A DNA stretch of 64,000 bases from Bacteroidales bacterium (GTDB lineage Bacteria; Bacteroidota; Bacteroidia; Bacteroidales; WCHB1-69). Every line of letters begins with the position of its first letter. Positions within the stretch are counted from its first letter, which is position 1. Shown here piece by piece: positions 1 to 9,072 of this stretch. A program made the translations under genes and the position numbers. The stretch spans positions 9,199 through 73,198 of the forward strand of contig JAFZZT010000002.1 in assembly GCA_017615595.1 (NCBI GenBank), given 5' to 3'. The notes below the pieces were generated by a model. That model was not told the origin of the DNA. It ran no database searches and saw only the letters and a list, made by a program, of their open reading frames with translations.

Positions 1-1087
1 TATCGGGGAAGGCGTTGCGCGTGCGGATGACGTACCACACCGTGTCCATGCCGGAGTAACCGGGCGCCGCCGTGTAGGAGACCATGGAGCCTCCCAGTGT
101 GGCCTCGCCATGAGCCGGCTGCCCCACTAGATCAATGGTGACCCCAAAGTTGTCCGACAAGAGACGCTCATCTATGGAATCATTGAAGGTAGGATTGATG
201 GAGAAGGAGCCGTCCTGGCAGATCTCCTGGAAATCATCGTATGCAGTGGCGGGCGGGACGACCTCCACATGAATGGTTTTAGGACAATCAATCATCGGGG
301 AGAACCAAATATCGTCCAAGCCGAAGTCGTTGCCGGAGGCCACCGTATTCAAGTTGATGATCTTGATCGTGACCGTATGGTCATTGTAACCACTTTCCCA
401 GTCGAATCCAGCAACATTCCACACACCCGGCTGTTGGGAGGCATAGAACTCCGTACCCATCTGATTATTGACAATAAACTGCAAGTGCGCCACCTTGTCA
501 AGGGTCTGTGTGGAGCCATTGACGGTCATCACATAAGAAGAGAAACGATATTTCGTGCTGGGATTGATATTAATGATCTCTTGCCATACCGCGACATTGG
601 CAACCGGATTGCCGTTGACGATCATATAATGGCCAGAACTGTTATTGTAAGTATGGTCATAGCAGGTCGTGCAGAAGTCCGGGTGTACATTATGCGCCAC
701 AGAACTGATGGAATAGACGCCTTCAGCATAGACAGAAGACGCATTATAGGAGTAGTAGCTGGTGAAACCCGTGTTTCCCATTTCAAAGCCACTGTTGGTG
801 GTCATTGTGCTGTCAGACTCGTAATACTTGCCCAGCACCGTGTAATCGGTGGAGACGGTAGGGGCGACTTTCTGCCATGTGCGAGCATAGGTGTTCCCCC
901 ACATATTGTTGGGCGTCCATTCATACTCCTCCATGCCTGACAGTTGTATCAAGACCGTGTCACCCGGAAGGATCAGCGTATCTTCCGAAGTGGCATGGAA
1001 ATCGCCGCAAGAGTTCTGGGCAAAGCCTGTCACACAAGCCAGCGCCACGCACAGGGCGCACAAGAAATATCGAAATCGTGTCAACAT
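1..1087 (-). CDS. Secreted adhesin-like surface protein, N-terminal part (gene runs off the window start)
   Basis: Own reverse-strand translation from ATG (rc of 1085-1087): MLTRFRYFLCALCVALACVTGFAQNSCGDF... A signal peptide is followed by the NSGFEMGNTGFTSYYSY motif typical of large Bacteroidetes surface/gliding-type proteins, and the frame stays open to position 1. It explains the + strand shadow ORFs at 269-1154. Confidence 0.6.
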   Translation of the reverse strand, partial: MLTRFRYFLCALCVALACVTGFAQNSCGDFHATSEDTLILPGDTVLIQLSGMEEYEWTPNNMWGNTYARTWQKVAPTVSTDYTVLGKYYESDSTMTTNSGFEMGNTGFTSYYSYNASSVYAEGVYSISSVAHNVHPDFCTTCYDHTYNNSSGHYMIVNGNPVANVAVWQEIININPSTKYRFSSYVMTVNGSTQTLDKVAHLQFIVNNQMGTEFYASQQPGVWNVAGFDWESGYNDHTVTIKIINLNTVASGNDFGLDDIWFSPMIDCPKTIHVEVVPPATAYDDFQEICQDGSFSINPTFNDSIDERLLSDNFGVTIDLVGQPAHGEATLGGSMVSYTAAPGYSGMDTVWYVIRTRNAFPD

Positions 1088-1174
1088 AAATCCATTTCTT
1101 CAAACGTGGCAAAAATACGATTTATTTTCAATTAACAAAACGATATACAAATAATTAATTCAACCAACACCTTT

Positions 1175-1215
1175 AAACAAAAAAACAAGCCGCAGCAGCG
1201 AACTGCCACGGCTTG
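1175..1215 (-). terminator. Rho-independent terminator downstream of the 1256-1825 gene
   Basis: On the minus strand, CAAGCCG (rc of 1209-1215) pairs with CGGCTTG (rc of 1186-1192) across a 16-nt loop, followed by TTTTTGTTT. Confidence 0.55.
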
Positions 1216-1255
1216 AATAAAAAAAAAAAAAAAAATGAAAAGTGATTAACTGATA

Positions 1256-1825
1256 TTAGTAAATCTGATGACCAATAAGTTTCATAGAGACCTTCTGTTG
1301 GTTGTCATAGACCCAAATCAGACCTACGTTCTCGGCATAGAAGAAGTGATAGACATCCGTGCCGATTTCGTAGTCGAATTTGTGAACATTCGGATAGGTG
1401 ACTCCATTCACATCGTAGGAAGCGAGTTTCTCATAGTTGGTCCACTCCTCGCATTTTCCCTCGGGATCCATGTTGAGGGAGAGTGTGCCCACATGAGGAA
1501 CATTGACCTGGACATAAGCTGTGTTGTCTTCCGTGCAGGAGGTGGAATAGACCGTGCAGTTCTCGCCACCCAGTTTGTAGGTGATAGCTTGGGAATAGAC
1601 CTTGCGCTCGTTGCAGGTGTTGACAAAATCGCTATAGTCAGTGACCTTAACGGTGAAGGTAGGTTCGGCTGTGGAGCGAGCGTCCGCATATTCATAATAA
1701 GTATCATTGCCACCAGGGGCGAAAATACTGATTGCCAACGGGTTAATCGGAGTAGTATATTCCTCCTTACAAGCAGTGCAAAGCACAACTAATGCTAAAA
1801 CAGCAAAATAAAATACTTTTTTCAT
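1256..1825 (-). CDS. Hypothetical lipoprotein
   Basis: Internal ATG at 1825 gives MKKVFYFAVLALVVLCTACKEE, a lipoprotein signal peptide with lipobox Cys. I recognised no family. Confidence 0.6.
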   Translation of the reverse strand: MKKVFYFAVLALVVLCTACKEEYTTPINPLAISIFAPGGNDTYYEYADARSTAEPTFTVKVTDYSDFVNTCNERKVYSQAITYKLGGENCTVYSTSCTEDNTAYVQVNVPHVGTLSLNMDPEGKCEEWTNYEKLASYDVNGVTYPNVHKFDYEIGTDVYHFFYAENVGLIWVYDNQQKVSMKLIGHQIY

Positions 1826-1957
1826 ACTAGTTTTATTATTAAGTGAATAATCAAATTTGGACTGCAAAGATAATAAAAATCTCAATAAAAGACGAAAGAT
1901 ATAGATAAAAATTACAGTGCAGTTAAAATTATTCTCTTTTTGAGCACAAATCGACTA

Positions 1958-2644
1958 TTAGAAATGGAAGCCCAGTTTGAAAGCCCAGACACCCGTCTTC
2001 ATTTGGTAATCGGTGATGCCGCCCAAGAAGGCGTTGTCTTGCACCATCACATTGTGCGTGCCCAGCCAATAGTAGTGAGCGCCCAAGGAGATTGTGCGGA
2101 CCAACAGGATACCGGCGCCAACCTGAGCAGCGAACTCGGCATTCATTTTGTATTTGGTAAGGGCATTCTCTGTTCCTTCTGGTGTCTTGAAGAAGAGGTC
2201 TGCGCCAATGCCACCCTCAGCCCAGATACCGATCACATCGCTGAATTGGGTTGTATAATTAAGACCCACTATGATTGGCACATTCACATACATGGGTTTG
2301 GTGACACGGAGATTGTCGTACATGTCGCGCAAATTCTTGTTCATCGGGTTCCACATACCGTCAGCGGCGATGAAGATACCGAGACCGCTATGTTCCATCT
2401 TGGTATTCTGGAAAGAGTAGGTGTATTTCACGCCAAAGGAAGCGCCGAACATAGCGCCGCCATTCTGTCCGAAGGTGTTCAGGCCAGGGACGATCACGCC
2501 GGCCACGCCAGTCGGTTGGGCATGAAATTCAGTGGAAGGAAGGATGCCGCCCAGCTGGAAGGAAAGACCAGCCTTGGTAGTTTGTCCAAAGGACGAAAGA
2601 CTCAAGCAGAACAATGCTGCCGAAATAATGCTAATTCGTTTCAT
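1958..2644 (-). CDS. Outer-membrane beta-barrel protein (porin-family/OmpW-like size)
   Basis: Signal peptide MKRISIISAALFCLSLSSFGQ, alternating aromatic/Gly beta-strand pattern, and C-terminal ...FKLGFHF ending in Phe. Confidence 0.65.
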   Translation of the reverse strand: MKRISIISAALFCLSLSSFGQTTKAGLSFQLGGILPSTEFHAQPTGVAGVIVPGLNTFGQNGGAMFGASFGVKYTYSFQNTKMEHSGLGIFIAADGMWNPMNKNLRDMYDNLRVTKPMYVNVPIIVGLNYTTQFSDVIGIWAEGGIGADLFFKTPEGTENALTKYKMNAEFAAQVGAGILLVRTISLGAHYYWLGTHNVMVQDNAFLGGITDYQMKTGVWAFKLGFHF

Positions 2645-2744
2645 AACTGTATAGTTTTAAATGACACTAAATTTAAAAAGGCAAAAGTATGTTTATTCAG
2701 AGATCATGAAACGATGAAACAAAAAAGATGTCAACAGGGCAAAT

Positions 2745-3674
2745 TTAACAGCATTTGCCGGGAACGGTCTCCTGGAGAACGTCAGCGAGTCCTCTGGCAT
2801 CCACTTCCCGGGCATCCAGTTCCTGATACTCTTTCCGAAACCAGATCAATTGTTTCTTGGCATAGCGCCGGGTGTGTGTCTTGATATTCTCCACGGCCTT
2901 CTCAAGAGAGCACTTGCCATCGAAATAGTCGAACAGTTCCTTATAGCCGACTGTGTTCAGTGCGTTGAGTTCCCGGTAAGGATAGAGCGCACGGGCCTCC
3001 GCTTCCAGTCCCGCCTCCATCATCTTGTCCACCCTGAGGCCGATGCGGGCGAACAGCTCCTCCCGCGGCCGGTTCAGGTAGTACCGGCAGATGGTGAAGT
3101 CGCGCTCTTTTTCCTGGTGATGCATCAGGGAAGAATAGGGCCGGCCTGTCTGGAGGCTGACCTCAATGGCTCTAATCATCCGTTTGTGGTTGTTTTTGTC
3201 CACGGTGGCGTAGAAGTCAGGATCAAGAGTTTGGAGTTGCGCCCTCAACGCCTCGATGCCGTTGTTTTGGAACATTCTGTTGACATAATCCCGGATTTGC
3301 GGATCCGCATCGGGGGTCTCGTCCACCCCATGGCATACGGCCGCGATATACTGGGGGCTCCCGCCCTCCATCAGCACGAAGGGATATTGCTCAAACAGGC
3401 GGTCCAGCAACTGGAGCACCGCCTGTTCGTACATATATATATTATAGTAGTCGTGTATGGAGAGCATCCCGACCAGGTAACGCTGGGCTCTTGCCAGCTC
3501 CTCGTCTGTGGGATACGCCGTTCCGATCTTCATCTCCCGAAAGAACTGTCGAGAGTCGGCAGAGATGATGGGAACGTGGTACTGTTCGGCCAAAGAGACC
3601 ACCGCGGAAGTCTTGCCCACCGCCGTTGGCCCTGAGATGACCAACAGGGTTCTATACAATGTCGTCAAATTCAT
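2745..3674 (-). CDS. miaA: tRNA dimethylallyltransferase
   Basis: LLVISGPTAVGKTSAVVSLAEQYHVPIISADSRQFFREMKIGTA is the MiaA P-loop plus DSxQ signature. Length is 309 aa. Confidence 0.9.
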   Translation of the reverse strand: MNLTTLYRTLLVISGPTAVGKTSAVVSLAEQYHVPIISADSRQFFREMKIGTAYPTDEELARAQRYLVGMLSIHDYYNIYMYEQAVLQLLDRLFEQYPFVLMEGGSPQYIAAVCHGVDETPDADPQIRDYVNRMFQNNGIEALRAQLQTLDPDFYATVDKNNHKRMIRAIEVSLQTGRPYSSLMHHQEKERDFTICRYYLNRPREELFARIGLRVDKMMEAGLEAEARALYPYRELNALNTVGYKELFDYFDGKCSLEKAVENIKTHTRRYAKKQLIWFRKEYQELDAREVDARGLADVLQETVPGKCC

Positions 3675-4272
3675 TCAATCCGCTGAAGTCATCCTCGTCA
3701 TAGCCATCGTTGAACTCGTTGCGGATATCTTCATCCTCAAATTCGAACTCGTCATCCTCCATAAGTTCCGGCTTCTTGACGGTCACTGGCATTTCCTTGC
3801 ATTTGTAGGTGCAGCGCGGGAACAGAGACGCGTCCTCCTCGGTCTTCAACACTTTCTGCAGTTCGATGTAGAAAACCTTGGGGTCCATAAAGTCATACTC
3901 GTAGATGATATGCTGATGAGGATCCGAGATGAAATCCTTCAGCAGGGAATCCTTCATGACGAAATTCGGGAGGTTGGACTTGGTGCTGAAGACATCTTCC
4001 TCTTCATATTCCGGTTCTGCATTGTCGGGTTCAGCATCCTCGTCGCTCATATCCACCAAGGTGATCTCCTTCTGTTTGTTCCATTTGGGATCACAGATAG
4101 AGAAGCAAGCCATCTCATTTCCTTTCAATCCGATACAATCATAAAGAAGATGGTGGAATGATTCGAAGTTGTCGTTGGCGAGGAGTTCCACATCTCGCAC
4201 GAAATCATCTACTTCGTCGTAATAGACTTTGAACTTATAATAATACATGGCTAATGGGTTTTGGGATGGCAA
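3652..4272 (-). CDS. Hypothetical acidic protein, pRiA4b ORF-3-like / TnpR-passenger-like fold (tentative)
   Basis: YYYKFKVYYDEVDDFVRDVELLANDNFESFHHLLYDCIGL... resembles the PF07929-type pattern, with a very acidic C-terminus. It overlaps the miaA start by 23 nt. Confidence 0.4.
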   Translation of the reverse strand: MPSQNPLAMYYYKFKVYYDEVDDFVRDVELLANDNFESFHHLLYDCIGLKGNEMACFSICDPKWNKQKEITLVDMSDEDAEPDNAEPEYEEEDVFSTKSNLPNFVMKDSLLKDFISDPHQHIIYEYDFMDPKVFYIELQKVLKTEEDASLFPRCTYKCKEMPVTVKKPELMEDDEFEFEDEDIRNEFNDGYDEDDFSGLNEFDDIV

Positions 4273-4279
4273 AGTTGTA

Positions 4280-5008
4280 TTATTCCTCCGGTTCTTCCGG
4301 CTCGACCATGTTGTGATAGACGTTGGTCACGTCTTCATCTTCATTGATTTTGTCGAGCAGAAGGTTCACCTCGGCGCGTTGTTCATCGGTAAGAGTCTTC
4401 ATCTCCTTCGGGATTCTCTCGAACTTGAAGCTCTTGATTTCATATTTGTTATCCTCGAGGAATTTCTGGATAGGGCCAAAAGCCTGGAACTCGGCCATGA
4501 TGATGATCTCCTCGTCATCGGCATCGATTTCGGCGTCGAAGTCCATCATGCTGAGCTCAAACTCTTCGATGTCGATTTCCGGGGTGCGGGCCACCGTGAA
4601 GATGCTCTTGTGGTCGAAGAGGAAGTCAAGCATGCCGGAAGTGCCGAGGGAGCCGCCGTACTTGTTGAAGTAGCTGCGGATATTGGCCACCGTACGCTGG
4701 TTGTTGTCGGTGGCAGCCTCGATCATGATGGCGATGCCGTGAGGTCCGCGGCCTTCATAGACCATCTCCTTATAGTCAGACTGATCTTTTTCAAAGGCAC
4801 GTTTGATGGCGCGGTCGATGTTGTCCTTCGGCATATTCTCGTTTCTGGCCGTCTGGATGAGCAGACGAAGCTTGGAGTTCTGATCGGGATCTGGACCGCC
4901 AGCCTTAGCGGCCATCGTGATTTCCTTGCCAATACGCGTGAAGGTGCGTGCCAGATATGCGTTACGTTTAAAAATTCTTGCCTTGCGATATTCAAAAGCT
5001 CTTCCCAT
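4280..5008 (-). CDS. YebC/PmpR family DNA-binding transcriptional regulator
   Basis: MGRAFEYRKARIFKRNAYLARTFTRIGKEITMAAKAGGPDPDQNSKLRLLIQTARNENMPKDNIDRAIKRA is a near-canonical YebC N-terminus. Length is 242 aa. Confidence 0.9.
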   Translation of the reverse strand: MGRAFEYRKARIFKRNAYLARTFTRIGKEITMAAKAGGPDPDQNSKLRLLIQTARNENMPKDNIDRAIKRAFEKDQSDYKEMVYEGRGPHGIAIMIEAATDNNQRTVANIRSYFNKYGGSLGTSGMLDFLFDHKSIFTVARTPEIDIEEFELSMMDFDAEIDADDEEIIIMAEFQAFGPIQKFLEDNKYEIKSFKFERIPKEMKTLTDEQRAEVNLLLDKINEDEDVTNVYHNMVEPEEPEE

Positions 5009-5104
5009 AGTATAACTGTTCTTGTATGTTTAACTTAAATACTTCAAATCTTCTGTTTTTTCGCATGCGTAACCATTTTCAACGGTTGCATGAAAACAGC
5101 GCGG

Positions 5105-5112
5105 CAAAGATA
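5105..5112 (-). promoter_or_regulatory. Bacteroidetes -7 box (TATCTTTG on minus strand) for the yebC-like gene
   Basis: CAAAGATA on the + strand is TAnnTTTG on the minus strand, about 95 nt upstream of the ATG at 5008. Confidence 0.4.
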
Positions 5113-5123
5113 CAAAAAAATCC

Positions 5124-5131
5124 TATTTTTG
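5124..5131 (+). promoter_or_regulatory. Bacteroidetes -7 box TATTTTTG for the ABC permease gene
   Basis: TATTTTTG lies 15 nt upstream of the ATG at 5146. It therefore excludes the track start at 5026. Confidence 0.5.
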
Positions 5132-5145
5132 CACCCTGTTTGAAT

Positions 5146-6246
5146 ATGAATATTTTTAGAAGGAAACCGGAGGAATACAGGGCCACCTCTTTGAGCGAGC
5201 TGACATGGAAGCGCTTCAAGAAGGAAAAGGAGGGCATGATATCATTAGGATTCATCATCTTGGTGATTGTCATCTCTGTCTTGGGCTATCTGATAACTCC
5301 CGACCCGACCCCCTATTGCAACCGCCAGCAGTTGGAGATTGCGTTGCGCAGTCCGGGCTTCAAGGTGCAGATGTTGCAGGTGCGTCCCTCTCAGGAGGTG
5401 CCGCGCCACAACGTGTTCTACCGCATGCTTTTCGGGCAACCCGACCAATACCGCAGCATCCCCATCTCCCGTTATGAAGACCTGGGCGACTCACTGCGGG
5501 TCACGCTCTTCGAGCAACAGATCTCCAGCACCTACGCCAAGACATCGCTGGCTCCCAAGCCGGTTGTCAACAGACGTTTCCTGCTGGGCACCGACCGCTA
5601 TGGCCGTGACGTGCTGAGCCAGCTGATGATCGGTTCGCGCGTGAGTCTGGCCGTGGGGTTCCTCTCCATCTTCATCGCCCTCGTCATCGGCATCACGATA
5701 GGCGCCATCGCGGGCTACTATCGCGGCAAGGTCGATGACGTGCTCACCTTCATCATCAACGTGGTGTGGTCCATCCCCACCCTGCTGCTGGTCATCGCCA
5801 TCAGCTTCGCGTTGGGCAAGGGCTTCTGGCAGATCTTCATCGCCATCGGCCTGACCATGTGGGTCGATATCGCGCGTGTGGTGCGCGGACAGGTCATCAG
5901 CCTCCGCGAGCAGGACTTTGTGGAGTCGGGCCGCGCGCTGGGCTACAGCAACGCCCGCATCATCTTCAAGCATATCCTGCCCAACATCACGGGCACCATC
6001 ATCGTCATCTCGGCCTCCAACTTCTCCTCCGCCATCCTCAACGAGGCAGGTTTGAGCTTCTTAGGACTTGGCGTGCAGCCCCCGACACCCTCCTGGGGCA
6101 TGATGATGAAAGAGAACTACGCCTATATCGTGCTGCACAAGGCATACCTCTCCATCGCCCCCGGCCTGGCCATCATGCTGCTCGTGCTCGCCTTCATGCT
6201 AGTCGGCAACGCACTGCGCAACGCGATGGATATCAGGAGTAAATGA
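5146..6246 (+). CDS. ABC transporter permease (OppC/DppC-type peptide permease)
   Basis: MNIFRRKPEE...WKRFKKEKEGMISLGFIILVIV is an OppC-type N-terminus, followed by a binding-protein-dependent permease core (...LGYSNARIIFKHILPN...). No partner ABC genes lie adjacent. Confidence 0.8.
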   Translation: MNIFRRKPEEYRATSLSELTWKRFKKEKEGMISLGFIILVIVISVLGYLITPDPTPYCNRQQLEIALRSPGFKVQMLQVRPSQEVPRHNVFYRMLFGQPDQYRSIPISRYEDLGDSLRVTLFEQQISSTYAKTSLAPKPVVNRRFLLGTDRYGRDVLSQLMIGSRVSLAVGFLSIFIALVIGITIGAIAGYYRGKVDDVLTFIINVVWSIPTLLLVIAISFALGKGFWQIFIAIGLTMWVDIARVVRGQVISLREQDFVESGRALGYSNARIIFKHILPNITGTIIVISASNFSSAILNEAGLSFLGLGVQPPTPSWGMMMKENYAYIVLHKAYLSIAPGLAIMLLVLAFMLVGNALRNAMDIRSK

Positions 6247-6253
6247 CACTTTT

Positions 6254-6332
6254 GAGTTGTCAGTTGTCAGTTATCAGTTGTCAGTTAGAAGTTAGAAGTT
6301 TTTTTGTTTACCGTTTACAGTTTACCGTTTAA
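6254..6332. repeat. Heptad-periodic simple-sequence block (CAGTTGT/AAGTTAG x7, then NGTTTAC x4)
   Basis: Read directly: gagttgt cagttgt cagttat cagttgt cagttag aagttag aagtttt ... tgtttac cgtttac agtttac cgtttaa. Confidence 0.85.
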
Positions 6333-6472
6333 AGGAGATTTGAGGTTGTCAAGCGATTTCAGGAAAACACACAGTGATCAGTTTACAGTTGCGCCAATCT
6401 CTTAATCTCCTCTTCGCTCCTCCTTGCTCCTCTTTGCTCCACTCCTCTAATCGCATAATCGGTTGTCTCATC

Positions 6473-6603
6473 GGTAAACGGCAAACTGTAAACTTTCAAC
6501 CCTTTAACCTCTAACCTTTTAACCTCTCATCGCCTCATCGGCAAACGGCAAACCGTAAACTGTAAACCGTAAACCCATAAACCATCCACCAATCACCATT
6601 CAC
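6473..6603. repeat. Heptad-periodic block (NGTAAAC / NNNTCAC units), inverted relative to 6305-6332
   Basis: ggtaaac ggcaaac tgtaaac ... ggcaaac ggcaaac cgtaaac tgtaaac cgtaaac ... catccac caatcac cattcac. GTAAAC is the reverse complement of the GTTTAC units upstream. Confidence 0.8.
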
Positions 6604-6627
6604 GCCACTTCGTGTGCAAGTTTTTAT

Positions 6628-6635
6628 TATCTTTG
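6628..6635 (+). promoter_or_regulatory. Bacteroidetes -7 box TATCTTTG for pepP
   Basis: TAnnTTTG match 22 nt upstream of the ATG at 6657. Confidence 0.5.
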
Positions 6636-6656
6636 CGCTTTCAAAAAAAGACCCTT

Positions 6657-7943
6657 ATGCGATACGAACCTTTATCTTCCGATTTCTATGTACAGAACCG
6701 CCGCAATGTGGTTGCCGCCTTGGAGCCCGGCTCCATCGCCATCCTGACTTCTCACGATGAATACCCCCGTTGTGGCGACACCACCCACCCGTTCCGTCAG
6801 AACTCCGACCTGCTCTACCTTTGTGGCATCGACCAGGAGGAGACCTTCCTGACGTTGGCGCCATGGCATCCCAACCCCGACTATCGGGAGATTCTGTTCA
6901 TCAAGAACCCCTCACCGGAGAAGATCGTCTGGTTCGGCCATCGCCTGAGCAAAGAGCAGGCCACCGCCCTCTCGGGTGTCCAAACGGTGATGTTCACCGA
7001 TGCTTTCGAGGGTGTCCTCAACGACCTGATGATGCACGCACAGCATGTCTATCTGCACATCCCCGAGGACCCGCGCATCAAGCCGACCTTTCCGACCCAA
7101 GAGGTCCGTTTCGCCAAGCAGCTCAAGGAGGACTATCCCTTGCACGACTTCCGGCGGCTGGCCCCCATCCTCTACCCGCTGCGCTGCCGCAAGCAGCCTG
7201 AGGAGCTGAAGGCCTTGCACCGTGCCTGCCAGATCACCCGCAGAGCCTTCGAGCGCGCCCTCACCGCCATCCAGCCCGGCAAGTACGAATACGAGATCGA
7301 AGCGGAGATGACCTACGAGATGATCCGCAACGGCGCCTCCGGGCACTCCTTCGCCCCCATCATGGCTTCCGGCCCCGACACCTGCATCCTCCACTACATC
7401 AAAAACGACAAGCAGATGCAGGACGGCGACCTGCTGCTTATGGACTTCGGCGCGGAGTACGCCAACTACGCCGGCGACTGCTCCCGCACCGTGCCCGTCA
7501 ACGGCAAGTTCACCCCTCGCCAACGCCAAGTCTATGAGGCCGTGCTTGCCATCTATAAGGAGACCATCCCGAAGTTCAAACCCGGCATGACCATCCACAA
7601 GATCAACGACTTCGTCTTCCAAAGGATGGACGAGGAGCTGATCAAGCTGGGCTTATATACCGAAGAGGACGTGCGCAACCAAGACCCCGCCATGCCCTGC
7701 TTCAAGAAATACTACATGCACAACACGAGCCACTTCATCGGACTGGACGTGCACGACGTGGGGCAGCGCGACTGGGTCTTTGAGCCCGGCAACGTGCTCA
7801 GCTGCGAGCCCGGCATCTACATCGCGGAAGAGGGCATCGGCGTGCGCATCGAAACCGACGTCGTGGTGGGCGAACAACCTATAGACCTCCTCGCCGGCAC
7901 CCCCGTAGATCCAGACGAAATCGAACGACTGATGAAACGGTGA
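6657..7943 (+). CDS. pepP: Xaa-Pro aminopeptidase (M24B)
   Basis: N-terminal aminopeptidase P domain (FRQNSDLLYLCGIDQEE) plus M24 metal ligands (LLLMDFGAEYANYAGDCSRT, HNTSHFIGLDVHD, EPGIYI). Confidence 0.85.
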   Translation: MRYEPLSSDFYVQNRRNVVAALEPGSIAILTSHDEYPRCGDTTHPFRQNSDLLYLCGIDQEETFLTLAPWHPNPDYREILFIKNPSPEKIVWFGHRLSKEQATALSGVQTVMFTDAFEGVLNDLMMHAQHVYLHIPEDPRIKPTFPTQEVRFAKQLKEDYPLHDFRRLAPILYPLRCRKQPEELKALHRACQITRRAFERALTAIQPGKYEYEIEAEMTYEMIRNGASGHSFAPIMASGPDTCILHYIKNDKQMQDGDLLLMDFGAEYANYAGDCSRTVPVNGKFTPRQRQVYEAVLAIYKETIPKFKPGMTIHKINDFVFQRMDEELIKLGLYTEEDVRNQDPAMPCFKKYYMHNTSHFIGLDVHDVGQRDWVFEPGNVLSCEPGIYIAEEGIGVRIETDVVVGEQPIDLLAGTPVDPDEIERLMKR

Positions 7944-7958
7944 ACATCGGCTATTAGC

Positions 7959-8057
7959 TCTCAACTCCTAACTCCCAACTCCTAACTTCTAACTCCTAAC
8001 TTCTAACTTCAAACTTCTAACTCCTAACTCCTAACTCCTAACTGTTAACTGACAACT
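7959..8057. repeat. Tandem heptamer array, about 14 x (Y)CTAACT
   Basis: ctcaact cctaact cccaact cctaact tctaact cctaact tctaact tcaaact tctaact cctaact cctaact cctaact gttaact gacaact. The unit is the reverse complement of the AGTTAG units at 6282-6295. Confidence 0.9.
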
Positions 8058-8061
8058 TATT

Positions 8062-9072
8062 TTGTCCCTCATCTCAAACATATTACCCTTTCGCAGCTTG
8101 TCCATCGTGGGCATGGCCAAGAACACCGGCAAGACGGTGTGTCTCAACTATGTGCTGGAGCAGCTACAGAAGACCGGCAAGGTGCTGGCCGTGACCTCCA
8201 TTGGCATTGACGGGGAGCAGAAAGACCAGGTCACCCAGACCGAAAAACCTGAGGTGACGCTCTACGAGGGCTCTTTCTTTGTCACGACAGAATACCACTA
8301 CCGTCAGCGGAGGCTGCTGTCGGAGATCTATGATGTCTCCGAGGAGATGACCTCCATGGGCCGGCTGGTCATCGCCAGGGTGTTGCAGACGGGCAAGGCC
8401 ATCATCGCGGGGCCCGCCTCGTCCGTCAGGATGAAAGCCCTCATCGACCGCATGGCGGAGCTAGGGGTCGATATGACCATCGTGGACGGCGCCCTCTCAC
8501 GCAGAAGTCCCGCGGCGCCCTCCATCACAGACGGGCTCATCCTCTCCACCGGCGCAGCCATCGCCCCCGACATCCCCACCATCGTGGACAAGACCAAGTT
8601 CGTCTATCGGATGACCCAGCTGCCGGCCTTTGAGACATCCCACCGCGAGGAGCTGATCCGTGCCGACTCCGGCATCTACGCGTTGGAGAACAACGAGGTG
8701 TTCCAGCTGCCCATCGCCTCACCACTGCTCTTCGCCAAGAGCAAGGACGTGCTCTTCCAGCACGGCTCCACCCTCTTCATCAGCGGCATCATCACCGACT
8801 CCATCCTCGAATATCTGAAAGCACAGCCCGAAATCAAACAGACCGTGCTCATCGTGAAAGACTTTACCAAAATATTTGTCACCCCGTTCGTGCTCAACAG
8901 CTACCTTCAGAAGGGCGGCTCTCTCTTCGTGTTGCAGAAGCCCAATCTGACCGCCATCTGCATCAACCCGACCTCTCCCCTGGGCGCACGACTCGACTCC
9001 CAAGCCCTTCAGACCGCCCTGAAAAAAGTGGTGGAAGTGCCGGTGTATGATATCCAGATGTTGGAATCTTGA
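8062..9072 (+). CDS. P-loop (GxxxxGKT) protein of unknown function
   Basis: SLSIVGMAKNTGKTVCLNYVL is a Walker-A-like motif resembling Mur-ligase/MobB-type loops. The track start at 8062 is TTG, so the start is uncertain. Confidence 0.5.
   Translation: MSLISNILPFRSLSIVGMAKNTGKTVCLNYVLEQLQKTGKVLAVTSIGIDGEQKDQVTQTEKPEVTLYEGSFFVTTEYHYRQRRLLSEIYDVSEEMTSMGRLVIARVLQTGKAIIAGPASSVRMKALIDRMAELGVDMTIVDGALSRRSPAAPSITDGLILSTGAAIAPDIPTIVDKTKFVYRMTQLPAFETSHREELIRADSGIYALENNEVFQLPIASPLLFAKSKDVLFQHGSTLFISGIITDSILEYLKAQPEIKQTVLIVKDFTKIFVTPFVLNSYLQKGGSLFVLQKPNLTAICINPTSPLGARLDSQALQTALKKVVEVPVYDIQMLES

Noticed and set aside
269-1154. Plus-strand ORFs 269-940, 877-1089, 891-1154 and 944-1135
   Set aside because: Their translations are low-complexity and Arg/His/Val-rich. 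They lie antisense to a convincing minus-strand gene (signal peptide plus adhesin motifs) that the track omits because it runs off the window.
1219-1235. A17 homopolymer tract as a possible phase-variation switch
   Set aside because: It lies in the 3' untranslated region between the stop codon of the 1256-1825 gene and its terminator hairpin. It is not in a coding region or promoter spacer, so length changes have no obvious regulatory consequence.
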